Positions 9,995-19,412 of a DNA stretch of 64,000 nt are shown piece by piece. This DNA comes from Chloroflexota bacterium (GTDB taxonomy: Bacteria > Chloroflexota > UBA11872 > VXOZ01): contig OY760183.1 of the NCBI GenBank assembly GCA_963663275.1, forward strand, positions 3,072,001-3,136,000, read 5' to 3'. Every line of letters begins with the position of its first letter. Position 1 is the stretch's first letter. Below the pieces are notes generated by a model that worked only from the letters and a program-made list of their open reading frames with translations, was not told the DNA's origin and made no database searches. Both the position numbers and the translations under genes were made by a program.

Positions 9995-10054
9995 CGCCGT
10001 TGCCAGGTGGGCTTGTAAGGTAACCGGCTCCGGTTAATCCCCTCTCCCCGAGGG

Positions 10055-10213
10055 CTGACAGGGGTAGGCACGTGTCATTCCGAGCGGAGCGAGGAATCTA
10101 GAACCGACGTTTTTGCAGCGAAAGCCTTAGATTCCGCGCTCTTAGCGACTCTCCGCTGCGCTCCGCTCGGAATGACACGGTGAAGTCGGATGTAGAATGC
10201 CTACCCCTGTCAG
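10055..10213 (+). mobile_element. MITE family CTGACAGGGG, copy 1
   Basis: TIR CTGACAGGGGTAGGCA / TGCCTACCCCTGTCAG; perfect 11-bp TSD CTCCCCGAGGG (10044-10054, 10214-10224). Confidence 0.88.
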
Positions 10214-10377
10214 CTCCCCGAGGGTGAGGGTGAGAGTGAAACTGTGTTGCTCCCCGAGGAGACTTTTGCGAAACCTCGCTGAGAGACGAACAGTTCCCTC
10301 TCCCTTTGGAGACTCTTGCGTAACCGGAGAGGTAGCAGACGAAGCCCAGCGCGCGTCTCTTGTCCCCTCTCCTGGGA

Positions 10378-11643
10378 TGTACAGTCCGGGGACATGGGTA
10401 ACAGTTATTCAGGGAGATAGGTTACACATTTTGTTCACTGAGGTCTACCGTTCTTATCGGATTGACAGCGAAGTAGACGTTCCAAACGCCGTCGGTTTGC
10501 GTGGGTCGCAGGGCGACGCGGGTGTGGGCGAAAGCTCGCCCCACGCGGAGGGTCTTGCCCTGGAACGAGATGCGGCCGCTGACGTCGACGGCGCGCACCT
10601 GGTCGTCGGGAGCGTAGGTGATGGGGGGCAGCGTTTCGGGAAAGGGCTGTGGACTGGGCGTGTACCGGCTGACGGGCGTGTTGAGCGTGAGGGCGTGGTG
10701 CGGGCGTTCCCGGTTGTAGAAGTGCCGCCAAGCGTCGAAGGCGCGCTGGCAGTGCTCCAGGTTGGTGAAGGTGCGACCGGCCAGGACTTCGCTTTTCAGG
10801 GAGCGGTGGAAGCGTTCCAGCTTGCCGAGGGTCTGGGGATGGTAGGGACGGCTGTGAAGCACCTTGATGCCCAGGCGCATGAGCCAGACGGTGAGCGGCG
10901 TGAAGGGATGGGCGCTGTCGTTGCCCCAGGGGGCGCCGTTGTCCATGAGCATGGCCGCAGGCAGGCCGTAGCGCCGAAAGACGCGGGTGAGGCGCTCCTG
11001 GACGGTCTGACCCCGCTCGTCGGCGCAGGCCTCCACAGCCAGGTTGTAGCGGGAATGGTCGTCGAGCACGGTGAGCGGATGGCAGCGGTCGCGAGACATG
11101 GCGAAATGCCCCTTGAAGTCCATCTGCCAGAGTTCGTTGGGCAGCGGGCGCTCAAAGCGAATGAAGGGCATGCGCTTGGCGCTCTCGGCCGGGTCGATCA
11201 ACCCGTGGCGCTTGAGAATGGCGTTGATGGTGCTCCTGGCGGGCACGTCGGCGTAGCCGCGGTTCCGCAGCATCCGGCCCAGCGCGTCCGCGCCCTTCCC
11301 CGGATGTGCCAGGCGCAAGGCGATGATGTGCCGCTCCATCTCTGGACGCGTGCGCTGTGGGCTGGTGTGCGGACGCCGCGACCGGTCCCCCAGGTTCTCC
11401 ATCCCGCCCTGCCTGTAGCGCGTGCGCCACTTGTAGCCGGTCTTGCGGCTGATGCCCATACGCTTGCACAGTGCGCTCATGCTCACCTCACCCGTCAGCA
11501 TCACGGCTATAAACTCTTCCCGCTCAGACATAGGTGTACTCACTTTCCACGACATGGTCGTCCTCCTCTAGTGACGAATTCCCATGCCTTATGGTGTAAC
11601 CTATGTCCCTGAAAATGTGTTACCTATGTCCCCGGGCTCTACA
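10378..11643 (-). mobile_element. IS481-family insertion sequence, intact
   Basis: TGT...ACA ends; 50-bp TIRs (10378-10427, 11594-11643) matching 43/50; flanks CTGGGA / GTGGGA. Confidence 0.93.
10422..11555 (-). CDS. IS481-family DDE transposase
   Basis: HTH ISRKTGYKW; DRSRRPH; WQMDFKG, MDNG, HPQTLGKLERFH (D-D-E). Confidence 0.95.
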   Translation of the reverse strand: MSWKVSTPMSEREEFIAVMLTGEVSMSALCKRMGISRKTGYKWRTRYRQGGMENLGDRSRRPHTSPQRTRPEMERHIIALRLAHPGKGADALGRMLRNRGYADVPARSTINAILKRHGLIDPAESAKRMPFIRFERPLPNELWQMDFKGHFAMSRDRCHPLTVLDDHSRYNLAVEACADERGQTVQERLTRVFRRYGLPAAMLMDNGAPWGNDSAHPFTPLTVWLMRLGIKVLHSRPYHPQTLGKLERFHRSLKSEVLAGRTFTNLEHCQRAFDAWRHFYNRERPHHALTLNTPVSRYTPSPQPFPETLPPITYAPDDQVRAVDVSGRISFQGKTLRVGRAFAHTRVALRPTQTDGVWNVYFAVNPIRTVDLSEQNV

Positions 11644-11948
11644 GTGGGAGAGGGTTAGGGTGAGGGGAGATTGTGCAGCGAGTTGTGCCCAAACCTTGCG
11701 GAGTGGGGCCGAACCGACGAGGATTCCCCCTCACCCCGGCCCTCTCCCCAGGGAGAGGGAGCTTCAATGCGCGCCGACCAGGGTTACGCAAAGGTCTCCC
11801 CAGGGAGAGGGAGCTTCAGTGCGCGCGCTGCGGATTCGGAACGCGCGGAGAGCCGCGCCGGGACGAAGAATGCCAAACGAGCGCCAATGGTTATATAATC
11901 GCCATTGGTTGATGTTGATATAATGCACGCCCCTTGGGAGGAACACCC

Positions 11949-12824
11949 GTGGTCATAGACGCCCATCATCACCTTGGACAGGAAGCCGACTACGCCGACA
12001 AGCTCATCGACACCATGGCCAAGCTCGGCGTTGACAAGACCGTCTTGCTGGCTACCGGCACCAGCGGGCCCGGCAGCAGCAACGAGGAAATCGAGAAGGC
12101 CATCAAGAAGCACGCCGACAAGCTGATCGGCTTCGGCTGGGTGGACCCGGCGCTGGATCCCAACGCGGTTGACACCGTTCAGCAACTCTACGACCAAGGC
12201 TTCCGGGGCCTGAAGTTCATCAAGACCCGCAAAGCCTACGACGACCGCTCCTACATCCCCACGTACCAGAAGGCCGCCGACCTGGAAATGCCCATTCTCT
12301 TCCACCAGGGCATCGTGGCGCGCCACGCCGACGACATCGCGAACGACGTGCACTCCGGCCGCATGATGCCCGTGCACCTCGACTACATCGCGCGCCAGGT
12401 GCCCGAACTCGTCATGATCGGCGCGCACCTGGGCAATCCGTGGTGGTACGAGGGCGGCATGGTGCTGCGCTGGAACCCCAATCTCTACATGGACATCACC
12501 GGCTCCACCCTGAAGATGCTGGCGCCCGAGGACGTGGGCAAGATTCTCTGGTGGCGGCGCGACAGCCAGTACCGCGATCCCTGGGGTCGCGACGCCTGGG
12601 AAAAAATCGTTTTCGGCACCGACGTGCCCTACTTCCTGATGGAAGACGTGATGAACGACTACCGCAACTGCATGGACGTGCTCGGCGTGCCGCCCGACAT
12701 CCAGCAGGGCGTCTGGGGCGATACGATGGAGAAAGTCCTGAGCTACGAACTCTCCGAAAAACACCGCCCGTTCGACGACCAGGGCGGCCACTACCCGCAC
12801 GCTATTCCCCAAGGGGAGAAGTAA
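11949..12824 (+). CDS. Amidohydrolase-family (Amidohydro_2) metallohydrolase
   Basis: IDAHHH, RGLKF, PILFHQG, AHLG, FGTDVP; GTG start after GGAGG. Confidence 0.88.
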   Translation: MVIDAHHHLGQEADYADKLIDTMAKLGVDKTVLLATGTSGPGSSNEEIEKAIKKHADKLIGFGWVDPALDPNAVDTVQQLYDQGFRGLKFIKTRKAYDDRSYIPTYQKAADLEMPILFHQGIVARHADDIANDVHSGRMMPVHLDYIARQVPELVMIGAHLGNPWWYEGGMVLRWNPNLYMDITGSTLKMLAPEDVGKILWWRRDSQYRDPWGRDAWEKIVFGTDVPYFLMEDVMNDYRNCMDVLGVPPDIQQGVWGDTMEKVLSYELSEKHRPFDDQGGHYPHAIPQGEK

Positions 12825-12865
12825 GCAGAGGACATTGTAGAAAGTGTTCGCAAAGCCCGAGAGAA

Positions 12866-13084
12866 CCGTTTGTGCTGAGCCTGCCGAAAGGTGAACGGTG
12901 GTTCGGTTGTGGCGCGCTGTGCTACCCGTTCATACTTCGACAAGCTCAGCACGAACGGGTAGCACAGCGCTCATTAATTCTTTACTATGCGGCCGCATTA
13001 GGGCTTGTCCCTTGCTTCCCCGTGTCGGGGCGACAACGTATACCATCGGTTCCGTACGTACTTCGACAAGCTCAGCACGAACGG
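12866..13084. repeat. Cluster of REP-like units of the CTTCGACAAGCTCAGCACGAACGG family
   Basis: One inverted and two direct copies; same family at 7122-7210, 51991, 53857, 61891. Confidence 0.8.
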
Positions 13085-13109
13085 ATTCTTGAAACGGAGG
13101 ACCCTACGC

Positions 13110-13997
13110 ATGGAGACGCGCAGACTGGGCCGGACCGACATGGACGTGCGTTGGCTGGGATTCGGCGCGGCGCGCATCGCCACCGACGCCGGTTCGCCGG
13201 CGGAAACCGCAAACATGCTCAACACGCTCCTAGACAGCGGCGTCAACTACATCGACACCGCGCTCTGCTACGGGGAGAGCGAAGAGACCCTGGGCAAGCA
13301 CATCAGCCACCGCCGGGACGAGTATTGGCTCACCACCAAGTGCGGACACGTTGACGGCGACGTGACCGCGCCGGAGTGGACGGCGGAGGCGGTGACGCAA
13401 GGTATCGACCAGTCCCTGCGCCGCATGAAGACCGACCGTCTCGATCTGGTGCACGTTCACACCTGCGAGGTGGACGTGCTGCGCCGGGGCGACGTGGTGC
13501 GCGCCCTCCAGGACGCCCAGCGCGCCGGCAAGACCCGCTACTTCGGCTACAGCGGCGATAACGAGGCGGCGCTGGAAGCCATCGGCATGGGGGTGTTCGC
13601 GACCCTGCTGACGTCGTTCAACGTGGTCGACCAGCGCGCGCTTGACACGGTGTTTCCCAGTGCTGAAGCGGCCGGTATGGGCATCATCGCCAAGCGCCCC
13701 ATCGCCAACGCGGCCTTCAACCGGCCTGCCTCGCCGTACGACTATGCCGATGGGTACTGGCAGCGAGCGCAGCACTTCTCGGTGCCGGAGGATGCCCCGC
13801 AGGACGGCGTGGCGCTGGCGCTGCGCTTCTGCCGCTCGTTCGACTACGTCGATACGGCCATCGTCGGCATCGATACCGTGGCGCAACTGCGCGCCAATTT
13901 GCGCGACGTAAACACCGGGCCGCTGCCGCCGTCCGCCCTTGCCTCGCTGCGGGAGCAATTCCAGCAGCACGGCCGGGACTGGCCGCAGCTACTCTGA
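13110..13997 (+). CDS. Aldo/keto reductase
   Basis: LGFG, IDTALCYGESE, TTKCG, SLRRMKTDRLDLVHVH; ATG after GGAGG. Confidence 0.92.
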   Translation: METRRLGRTDMDVRWLGFGAARIATDAGSPAETANMLNTLLDSGVNYIDTALCYGESEETLGKHISHRRDEYWLTTKCGHVDGDVTAPEWTAEAVTQGIDQSLRRMKTDRLDLVHVHTCEVDVLRRGDVVRALQDAQRAGKTRYFGYSGDNEAALEAIGMGVFATLLTSFNVVDQRALDTVFPSAEAAGMGIIAKRPIANAAFNRPASPYDYADGYWQRAQHFSVPEDAPQDGVALALRFCRSFDYVDTAIVGIDTVAQLRANLRDVNTGPLPPSALASLREQFQQHGRDWPQLL

Positions 13998-15266
13998 GAC
14001 TGTGTTGCGCGGCAGGCCGAAGTACCAGAAGAAGAGCAACGCGCTGACGCCGGTGAGCATCGCGCTGCCCAGGAAGAAGGGTTGGTAGCCGTAGACGCCG
14101 ACCAGGTAGCCGCCGGCGAAACCCATCGTGCCCCAGCCGATCCCCGCCACCATGTTGGCCACGCCCGCGGCGGTCTCCCGCCAGCGCGCCGGCACCACTT
14201 CCATCGTGTGGCGCAGGCTGCACGGGCGCTGGATGTACGTAAAGCTGACCAGTCCCGCGTAGCCGATCGCCGCCCCGGCCCAGTGCGGCAGCAAGGCGAA
14301 CGCCACCGTGCTCAACGCCATGCCCAGACTGGCCCAAACGATTACCGGCTCAAGCCCCCACCGCCGCGCGAAATAGGGCGAAAGCAGCGCCGCGAAACCG
14401 CCCACAAGCTGGCCGCAGGCGGCCAACATGCCGATCTGCGCCGTGGGCATGGCGAGAATCTCGTCCAGATAGACGTTGAAGAAGGTGCGTTGCGCGCCCT
14501 CTGAGGCAATGCGCAGCATGATGACCAGGCCCATCACGGTAATGATCAGGATTGGCATCGCCGACGAGGAAGATCTGGCGGCGCGCACCGGTGGCTCCTC
14601 TCTCTCCACGGTAACCGTAGCCGGTGTGGTACTGCAGAGCGCCACCACGCCCACGAGCAGCGCGAACGCCGCCACCAGCAGCGCCAACGCAAACGAGGCC
14701 GTATCCGTGATGGGGAACAGCCGTGCCAGCGTCCCCGGCAGGAATCCGCCCACCAAAGCGCCCACGAACGCCGCGATGGGACTCATGCCCACCCGCAGGG
14801 AATAGAGGTACATGCGCTCCCGGGGCGTTGTCGATTGGAGCATGAACGGGTTGCTGTTGACGAAGTAAGCGTCCAGCCCCATGGACGTAACCGTGTACGC
14901 CGCCGCGATCCACGCCACCTGTACGGCGCCCGAGAGGAACTGCGCGGCCGGCAGCAAGCCGGTGCCCAACGCCGCCAGCACGAATCCCACCTGCAACATG
15001 CGCCGCGTGCCAAAGCGCGCCCCCAGTGCCCCGGCGGGCAGGCTGAATACGGCGTACGCCACGAAACCCATGCCGTTGACCAGCCCGACTACCGTGGGTC
15101 CGTAGCCCAGGCGCAGCAGATAGAGATTGAGGAGCACGGCATAGATGCCGAAGAAGGCAAAGCCGAGCAGCAGCGCGCTGAGAATGAAGATGCGCACGTT
15201 GCGGTTGAAGAGCCGCAACGCCTGGAAATAGCCGGTCACCGCCACCGTGTCTTGCGCCGCCTGCAC
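13989..15266 (-). CDS. MFS transporter
   Basis: About 12 hydrophobic segments; LPAGALGARFGTRR motif A. Confidence 0.88.
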   Translation of the reverse strand: MQAAQDTVAVTGYFQALRLFNRNVRIFILSALLLGFAFFGIYAVLLNLYLLRLGYGPTVVGLVNGMGFVAYAVFSLPAGALGARFGTRRMLQVGFVLAALGTGLLPAAQFLSGAVQVAWIAAAYTVTSMGLDAYFVNSNPFMLQSTTPRERMYLYSLRVGMSPIAAFVGALVGGFLPGTLARLFPITDTASFALALLVAAFALLVGVVALCSTTPATVTVEREEPPVRAARSSSSAMPILIITVMGLVIMLRIASEGAQRTFFNVYLDEILAMPTAQIGMLAACGQLVGGFAALLSPYFARRWGLEPVIVWASLGMALSTVAFALLPHWAGAAIGYAGLVSFTYIQRPCSLRHTMEVVPARWRETAAGVANMVAGIGWGTMGFAGGYLVGVYGYQPFFLGSAMLTGVSALLFFWYFGLPRNTVSE

Positions 15267-15676
15267 GAAGCCCTCTGTTCCCTACACAACAAACGCGCGC
15301 CGCCAGAAACGGCGCGCGACTACCAACCATGTGCCGGGAATATCGTACCACGCCCGCGAATCACGCCGCTGCGGGCAAAAGCCGGCGGCCCTTTGCGCGC
15401 GTTGATGGGAAACGGCCCTCACCTGCGCTTCCCAGCCTGTTCGATGATTGTGCGACGATGCGAACTGCAACAGATAGGGCCGTATAGCTAGAGTATCCAA
15501 GCCCTGGGCCATCACTTCAGGTGTACCGGACTGTCAAATCACGGGAAGGGTGCTCAGCGGCTAGGCCGTTTCAACCTAACGGGGTCATTGCATGGCACAA
15601 CGGCTGCCGTTACAGTTAAACGGATTGGAATAACTGCCAGCAACTGTATCAACTAACTGAGCCGGGAGGGCGTAAG

Positions 15677-16339
15677 ATGTGGTCGCCAAGAAGCAAGCAA
15701 TCTCAATATCTGAAGTGCGGGAAAGAGACGTTTCGCGACCGGGCAGAGGGTGTTGGTTTTGACATTTTCAAGTTTTGGCGCTGGGCGCACTCCGACTTGC
15801 TGGGCAATGCCGCTCGCGGCGTCTTGGCCGAGTACCTGGTCGCCCGCGCGCTCAACTATACGTGTGAGCCGCGTCATGAGTGGGATGCTGTCGATGCTGA
15901 AACCAAGAGTGGACTCAAGGTTGAGGTAAAGAGTGCAGCCTACGCTCAAAGTTGGCCACGGGACAAGCCGTCAGTGATCAGCTTCAATATCGCCAAGAAG
16001 AAAGTATCGTGGAACGCAAAGACGGACAAGTATGAGAAGTACTGCCCACCCAAGCGTGTAGCGGACGTGTACGTCTTCTGTCTACTTATCGGTCAGTCCG
16101 ATTACCCTGGCCCCAAACCCGATCCTGACCCCGACCCCTTGGACCTGAGCCAGTGGGAGTTCTACGTGCTGCCTACCAAGAAGCTTCCGAATCAGAAGAC
16201 GATTAGTTTCAACCCGCTCAAAGATCTCGTGAAACGCGCGACAGGAAGAAGCGCGACACCGTATGAAGAGTTGGAAGACGTCATAGAGGAGTTGGGTAAA
16301 GGCAGCAAGGCCGCTACCGAAGACACATGCTGCTGCTAG
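15677..16339 (+). CDS. Putative PD-(D/E)XK nuclease-fold protein
   Basis: RGVLAEYLV...EWDAVD...KVEVKS pattern; lower GC than neighbours. Confidence 0.6.
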   Translation: MWSPRSKQSQYLKCGKETFRDRAEGVGFDIFKFWRWAHSDLLGNAARGVLAEYLVARALNYTCEPRHEWDAVDAETKSGLKVEVKSAAYAQSWPRDKPSVISFNIAKKKVSWNAKTDKYEKYCPPKRVADVYVFCLLIGQSDYPGPKPDPDPDPLDLSQWEFYVLPTKKLPNQKTISFNPLKDLVKRATGRSATPYEELEDVIEELGKGSKAATEDTCCC

Positions 16340-16557
16340 GCCCCGGTTGATCTCTCAAGTCCAGCTACAATCCTCGGCAGCGGACCAACAGCTTCTCGCT
16401 GAGAAACAGGGATTTCATGCAGCAGGCTGACAATGCTATTTCACTTATTGACAATAGCAGGGGAACTATAGGAATCGTCCACTCCGGGAAGAGCAATCTG
16501 CAGTCACTCACCGCCAAGGGCTTCACGCACAAACCGTGGCAACCTGCGTGAGCGTTC

Positions 16558-17250
16558 CTAGAGCCGACCGCGATTGAGTTCTGCCAAAGACAGCTTCCGG
16601 TCCGGATTGCGATAGAGCCACGTCTCGAAGTTCCGCTTGATGGCGGGCCACTCGCTGTCCAGCATGGCGAACCACGCGGTATCGCGATTGCGGCCTTTGC
16701 GAATCATGTGCTGGCGGAAAATGCCTTCAAAGCTAAAGCCAAGTCGCAGGGCCGCCGCCCGCGACTTTGCGTTCAGGGAGTCGCATTTCCACTCGACCCG
16801 CCGGTAATTGAGTCTGTCGAAGGCCTCGCACAGCATTAGATACGCAGCCTCCGTATTCGCCTGTGTCCGCTGGACATCCGGCGTATACCAGATGTTCCCG
16901 ATTTCCAGGCGGCGCATCTCCTCAGCAATGTTGATAATGCTTACCATCCCCACGCGCCGCTGGGATTCGTGGTGATGGACGGTAAAGAAAAGCTGATCGT
17001 CCGACGCTGCCTGCTCCGCAAGCCACGCTTGCATGCTCTCAATGCCGTCAAATGGACCGTACGGCAAATACGTCCAAACCTGCTCCCTGCTTCTAGAACC
17101 GTGAGTGCCCGCGTAGAGTTGCCCGACGTCTGCTTTGGGATCGACCGGCGACAGCGTGACAAACCGGCCGCAATAGTCCGCCCTGCGCGGCAATCCTACC
17201 GGGCCAACCGCCTTTACCACATTCCCAACCGGGAGAGACGAGCGTGCCAT
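16558..17250 (-). CDS. RimJ/RimL-type GNAT acetyltransferase
   Basis: WTYLPYGPF, EIGNIWY, YRRVEWKCDSLN, LGFSFEGIFRQH, GRNRDTAWF; start could be 17277. Confidence 0.9.
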   Translation of the reverse strand: MARSSLPVGNVVKAVGPVGLPRRADYCGRFVTLSPVDPKADVGQLYAGTHGSRSREQVWTYLPYGPFDGIESMQAWLAEQAASDDQLFFTVHHHESQRRVGMVSIINIAEEMRRLEIGNIWYTPDVQRTQANTEAAYLMLCEAFDRLNYRRVEWKCDSLNAKSRAAALRLGFSFEGIFRQHMIRKGRNRDTAWFAMLDSEWPAIKRNFETWLYRNPDRKLSLAELNRGRL

Positions 17251-17283
17251 AGGTGTTCCTGGAAGTTTTGGACGCAAGGAGCG

Positions 17284-17613
17284 CTATTTCCACTCGTCGT
17301 CCGTCGGCCAGATGTTGGAACTCCCCGCGCCCGCGCCGGCTCCCGGGGGACGCTCTTCCATCCAGTCCTTGACCGTGTCCCGCCACTTGATGAAGTGCGG
17401 CGCTTTCAGGTGCTCCTGAAAGGCGGCCTCGTCCACGTAGACTTCGTAGAGCCAGATACGGTTCGGGTCGGCGCTGTCCTGGACCACGTCGAACCGCAGG
17501 CAACCGGGCTCGTCGTTCACCGAGCCCTTGGCGTCCCCCAGCATCGCCTCGATGAAGGCGTCCTTATAGCCCTCCTTGATCTTGATCGGCGCGACGATGA
17601 TGTACATGCTCAT
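17284..17613 (-). CDS. ABM-domain protein (putative quinol monooxygenase / LsrG-like)
   Basis: EPGCLRFDV, LYEVYVDEAAFQEH, PHF. Confidence 0.88.
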   Translation of the reverse strand: MSMYIIVAPIKIKEGYKDAFIEAMLGDAKGSVNDEPGCLRFDVVQDSADPNRIWLYEVYVDEAAFQEHLKAPHFIKWRDTVKDWMEERPPGAGAGAGSSNIWPTDDEWK

Positions 17614-17750
17614 GCCTCCTCATGCTGTTTCGGCGTCACGTCTCTTCCGCCATTGCCTTGTCCATGATAATGCGGGCGCCATGCTTCGTACAGAGCGAGA
17701 CCCTATGCAGTTAATCCCGCCTAGGTCGACATCCTGGACTCTGCTCACCT

Positions 17751-17779
17751 TTGACAACAGCCGGCTTCCGTACTAGAGT
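17751..17779 (+). promoter_or_regulatory. Candidate sigma70 promoter for the PhyH-HEAT gene
   Basis: TTGACA, 17 nt, TAGAGT. Confidence 0.45.
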
Positions 17780-17908
17780 GATATAAATTCCAGCCTGAGT
17801 CCAGTCCCAATTGCAATACAACGAAGATACACTACAAGAGTAAAGTACCCTATCACATAGGGCTGCGCCGGCAGCGGACAGCAGCATTACAGGAGGTCAC
17901 CAACGACA

Positions 17909-19297
17909 ATGATACGGCTAACCGACGCGCAGATGCGCGACTTCATTCGCAACGGGTTTGTCGCGATTAAGACCGGGCTTTCCCGCGAAGAGAATCAAGA
18001 CATCTGGAACCAGACGGAGGCTCTCTTCGAAGAGGACGGCAACCCCGGCAACAACCTGATGGCCAGAATCCCCGCCATTCGGCAGGTACTCGACGATCCG
18101 AAAGTGGACGGCGCATTGTCCGGCGTGCTGGGCAACAACTACTTCATTCACCCGCACCGCCACTGCCATTACCGGCCGCCCCACAGCGAGGGTCAGCAAA
18201 TCCACCGGGACTCCTTCACCCGGCGACGCCACCGCACCCGCTGGCTGCTGGCCATGTACTACCCGCAGGATACCACCGTCGAAATGGGCCCGACCGGCGT
18301 GCTGCCGGGCACGCACTACTTCAACTGGCTGGTAGGCCCGATCGGCCTCAACATGCGCCTGGACACCACCGAGGGCGAGGTGCCGGTGGTGGTGGAAGCC
18401 GGGACCATCCTGATGGTCCACTACGACCTCTGGCACCGGGGCATGGGCAACACCACGGACAAGAAACGTTACATGATGAAGTTCATGTTCGCCCGCATGG
18501 AAGAGCCGCGGGAGCCGAGTTGGGACAGCAGCGACAGCGAGTGGATTGCCGAGGACGATAGCGGCCTGAACGGCGTGTGGAGCCATATGTGGCGCTGGTA
18601 CACCGGCGCGGCCAACAACGGCGCGTCGTCCGCCAATGGCAACGGCGCCGGCTCGATACCGGAACTGATTGCGAACCTCAAGGTTGACGACGAAGCCACC
18701 TGCCTGGCGTCCGCCTACCAGCTTGGCTCAATGGGCGAGGCCGCCGTGCCCGCGTTGATCGATACGCTCCAGCACGAAAATGAAGCCGTGCGCCGCAACG
18801 CCAGTTACGCTCTGAGCGACATCGGCGCCGCGGCCGTGCCCGCCCTGCTGGACGCCAGCCGGGACGACAACGTGGATACGCGCATCATGGCGGTAGAGAC
18901 GTTGGCCGACCTGGGCTTTCTCGGCGATGAGGTCATGCCGTATCTCCGCGTGGCGCTGGAGGATGAATCAATTGAGGTGCGCCGCCATACGGTGGACGCG
19001 CTGGGCATCTGCATGCAGCATTCCGACAACGGCGTGCCGGCCCTGGCCGAAGCCCTCGGCGATGAGGACGAATTCATGCGCCGGGGCGCGGCGCTTGCCC
19101 TCTGCCGCATCGGCGCGCAGGCGGAAGAAGCGACGCCCGCCCTCGCCCAGGCCCTCAACGATGAAAATCGCTACGTGCGCGGCAAGGCCGTCCACGCCCT
19201 GCGCCGCATCGGCACACCCGAGGCCCAGGACGCCCTGGTGCACTTCCTGCTAACCTCCCAATGGTGCTACTCCACCACCAAGGATAGCCTGTACTAG
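17909..19297 (+). CDS. PhyH-family Fe(II)/2-oxoglutarate dioxygenase fused to HEAT repeats
   Basis: HRD...GPTGVLPGTH...LWHRG..N...RYM; C-terminal repeats AVPAL...VRRNA..AL. Confidence 0.85.
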   Translation: MIRLTDAQMRDFIRNGFVAIKTGLSREENQDIWNQTEALFEEDGNPGNNLMARIPAIRQVLDDPKVDGALSGVLGNNYFIHPHRHCHYRPPHSEGQQIHRDSFTRRRHRTRWLLAMYYPQDTTVEMGPTGVLPGTHYFNWLVGPIGLNMRLDTTEGEVPVVVEAGTILMVHYDLWHRGMGNTTDKKRYMMKFMFARMEEPREPSWDSSDSEWIAEDDSGLNGVWSHMWRWYTGAANNGASSANGNGAGSIPELIANLKVDDEATCLASAYQLGSMGEAAVPALIDTLQHENEAVRRNASYALSDIGAAAVPALLDASRDDNVDTRIMAVETLADLGFLGDEVMPYLRVALEDESIEVRRHTVDALGICMQHSDNGVPALAEALGDEDEFMRRGAALALCRIGAQAEEATPALAQALNDENRYVRGKAVHALRRIGTPEAQDALVHFLLTSQWCYSTTKDSLY

Positions 19298-19334
19298 TAT
19301 CTAGGCACGTATCTATTTGTAGACGGGATATCCG

Positions 19335-19357
19335 GTAGCGCAGGTTTGTAACCTGCG
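19335..19357 (+). repeat. GTAG-type REP (GTAGCGCAGGTTTGTAACCTGCG)
   Basis: Same unit occurs several times in 46969-47290. Confidence 0.75.
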
Positions 19358-19412
19358 CCCATGGGTGGACAACCAGTATCACACAGATGGCGGTCATTGC
19401 CGACAGGAGGGC

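Noticed and set aside
12829-12995. Possible further MITE ends around the REP cluster
   Set aside because: Weak inverted match and no convincing TSD
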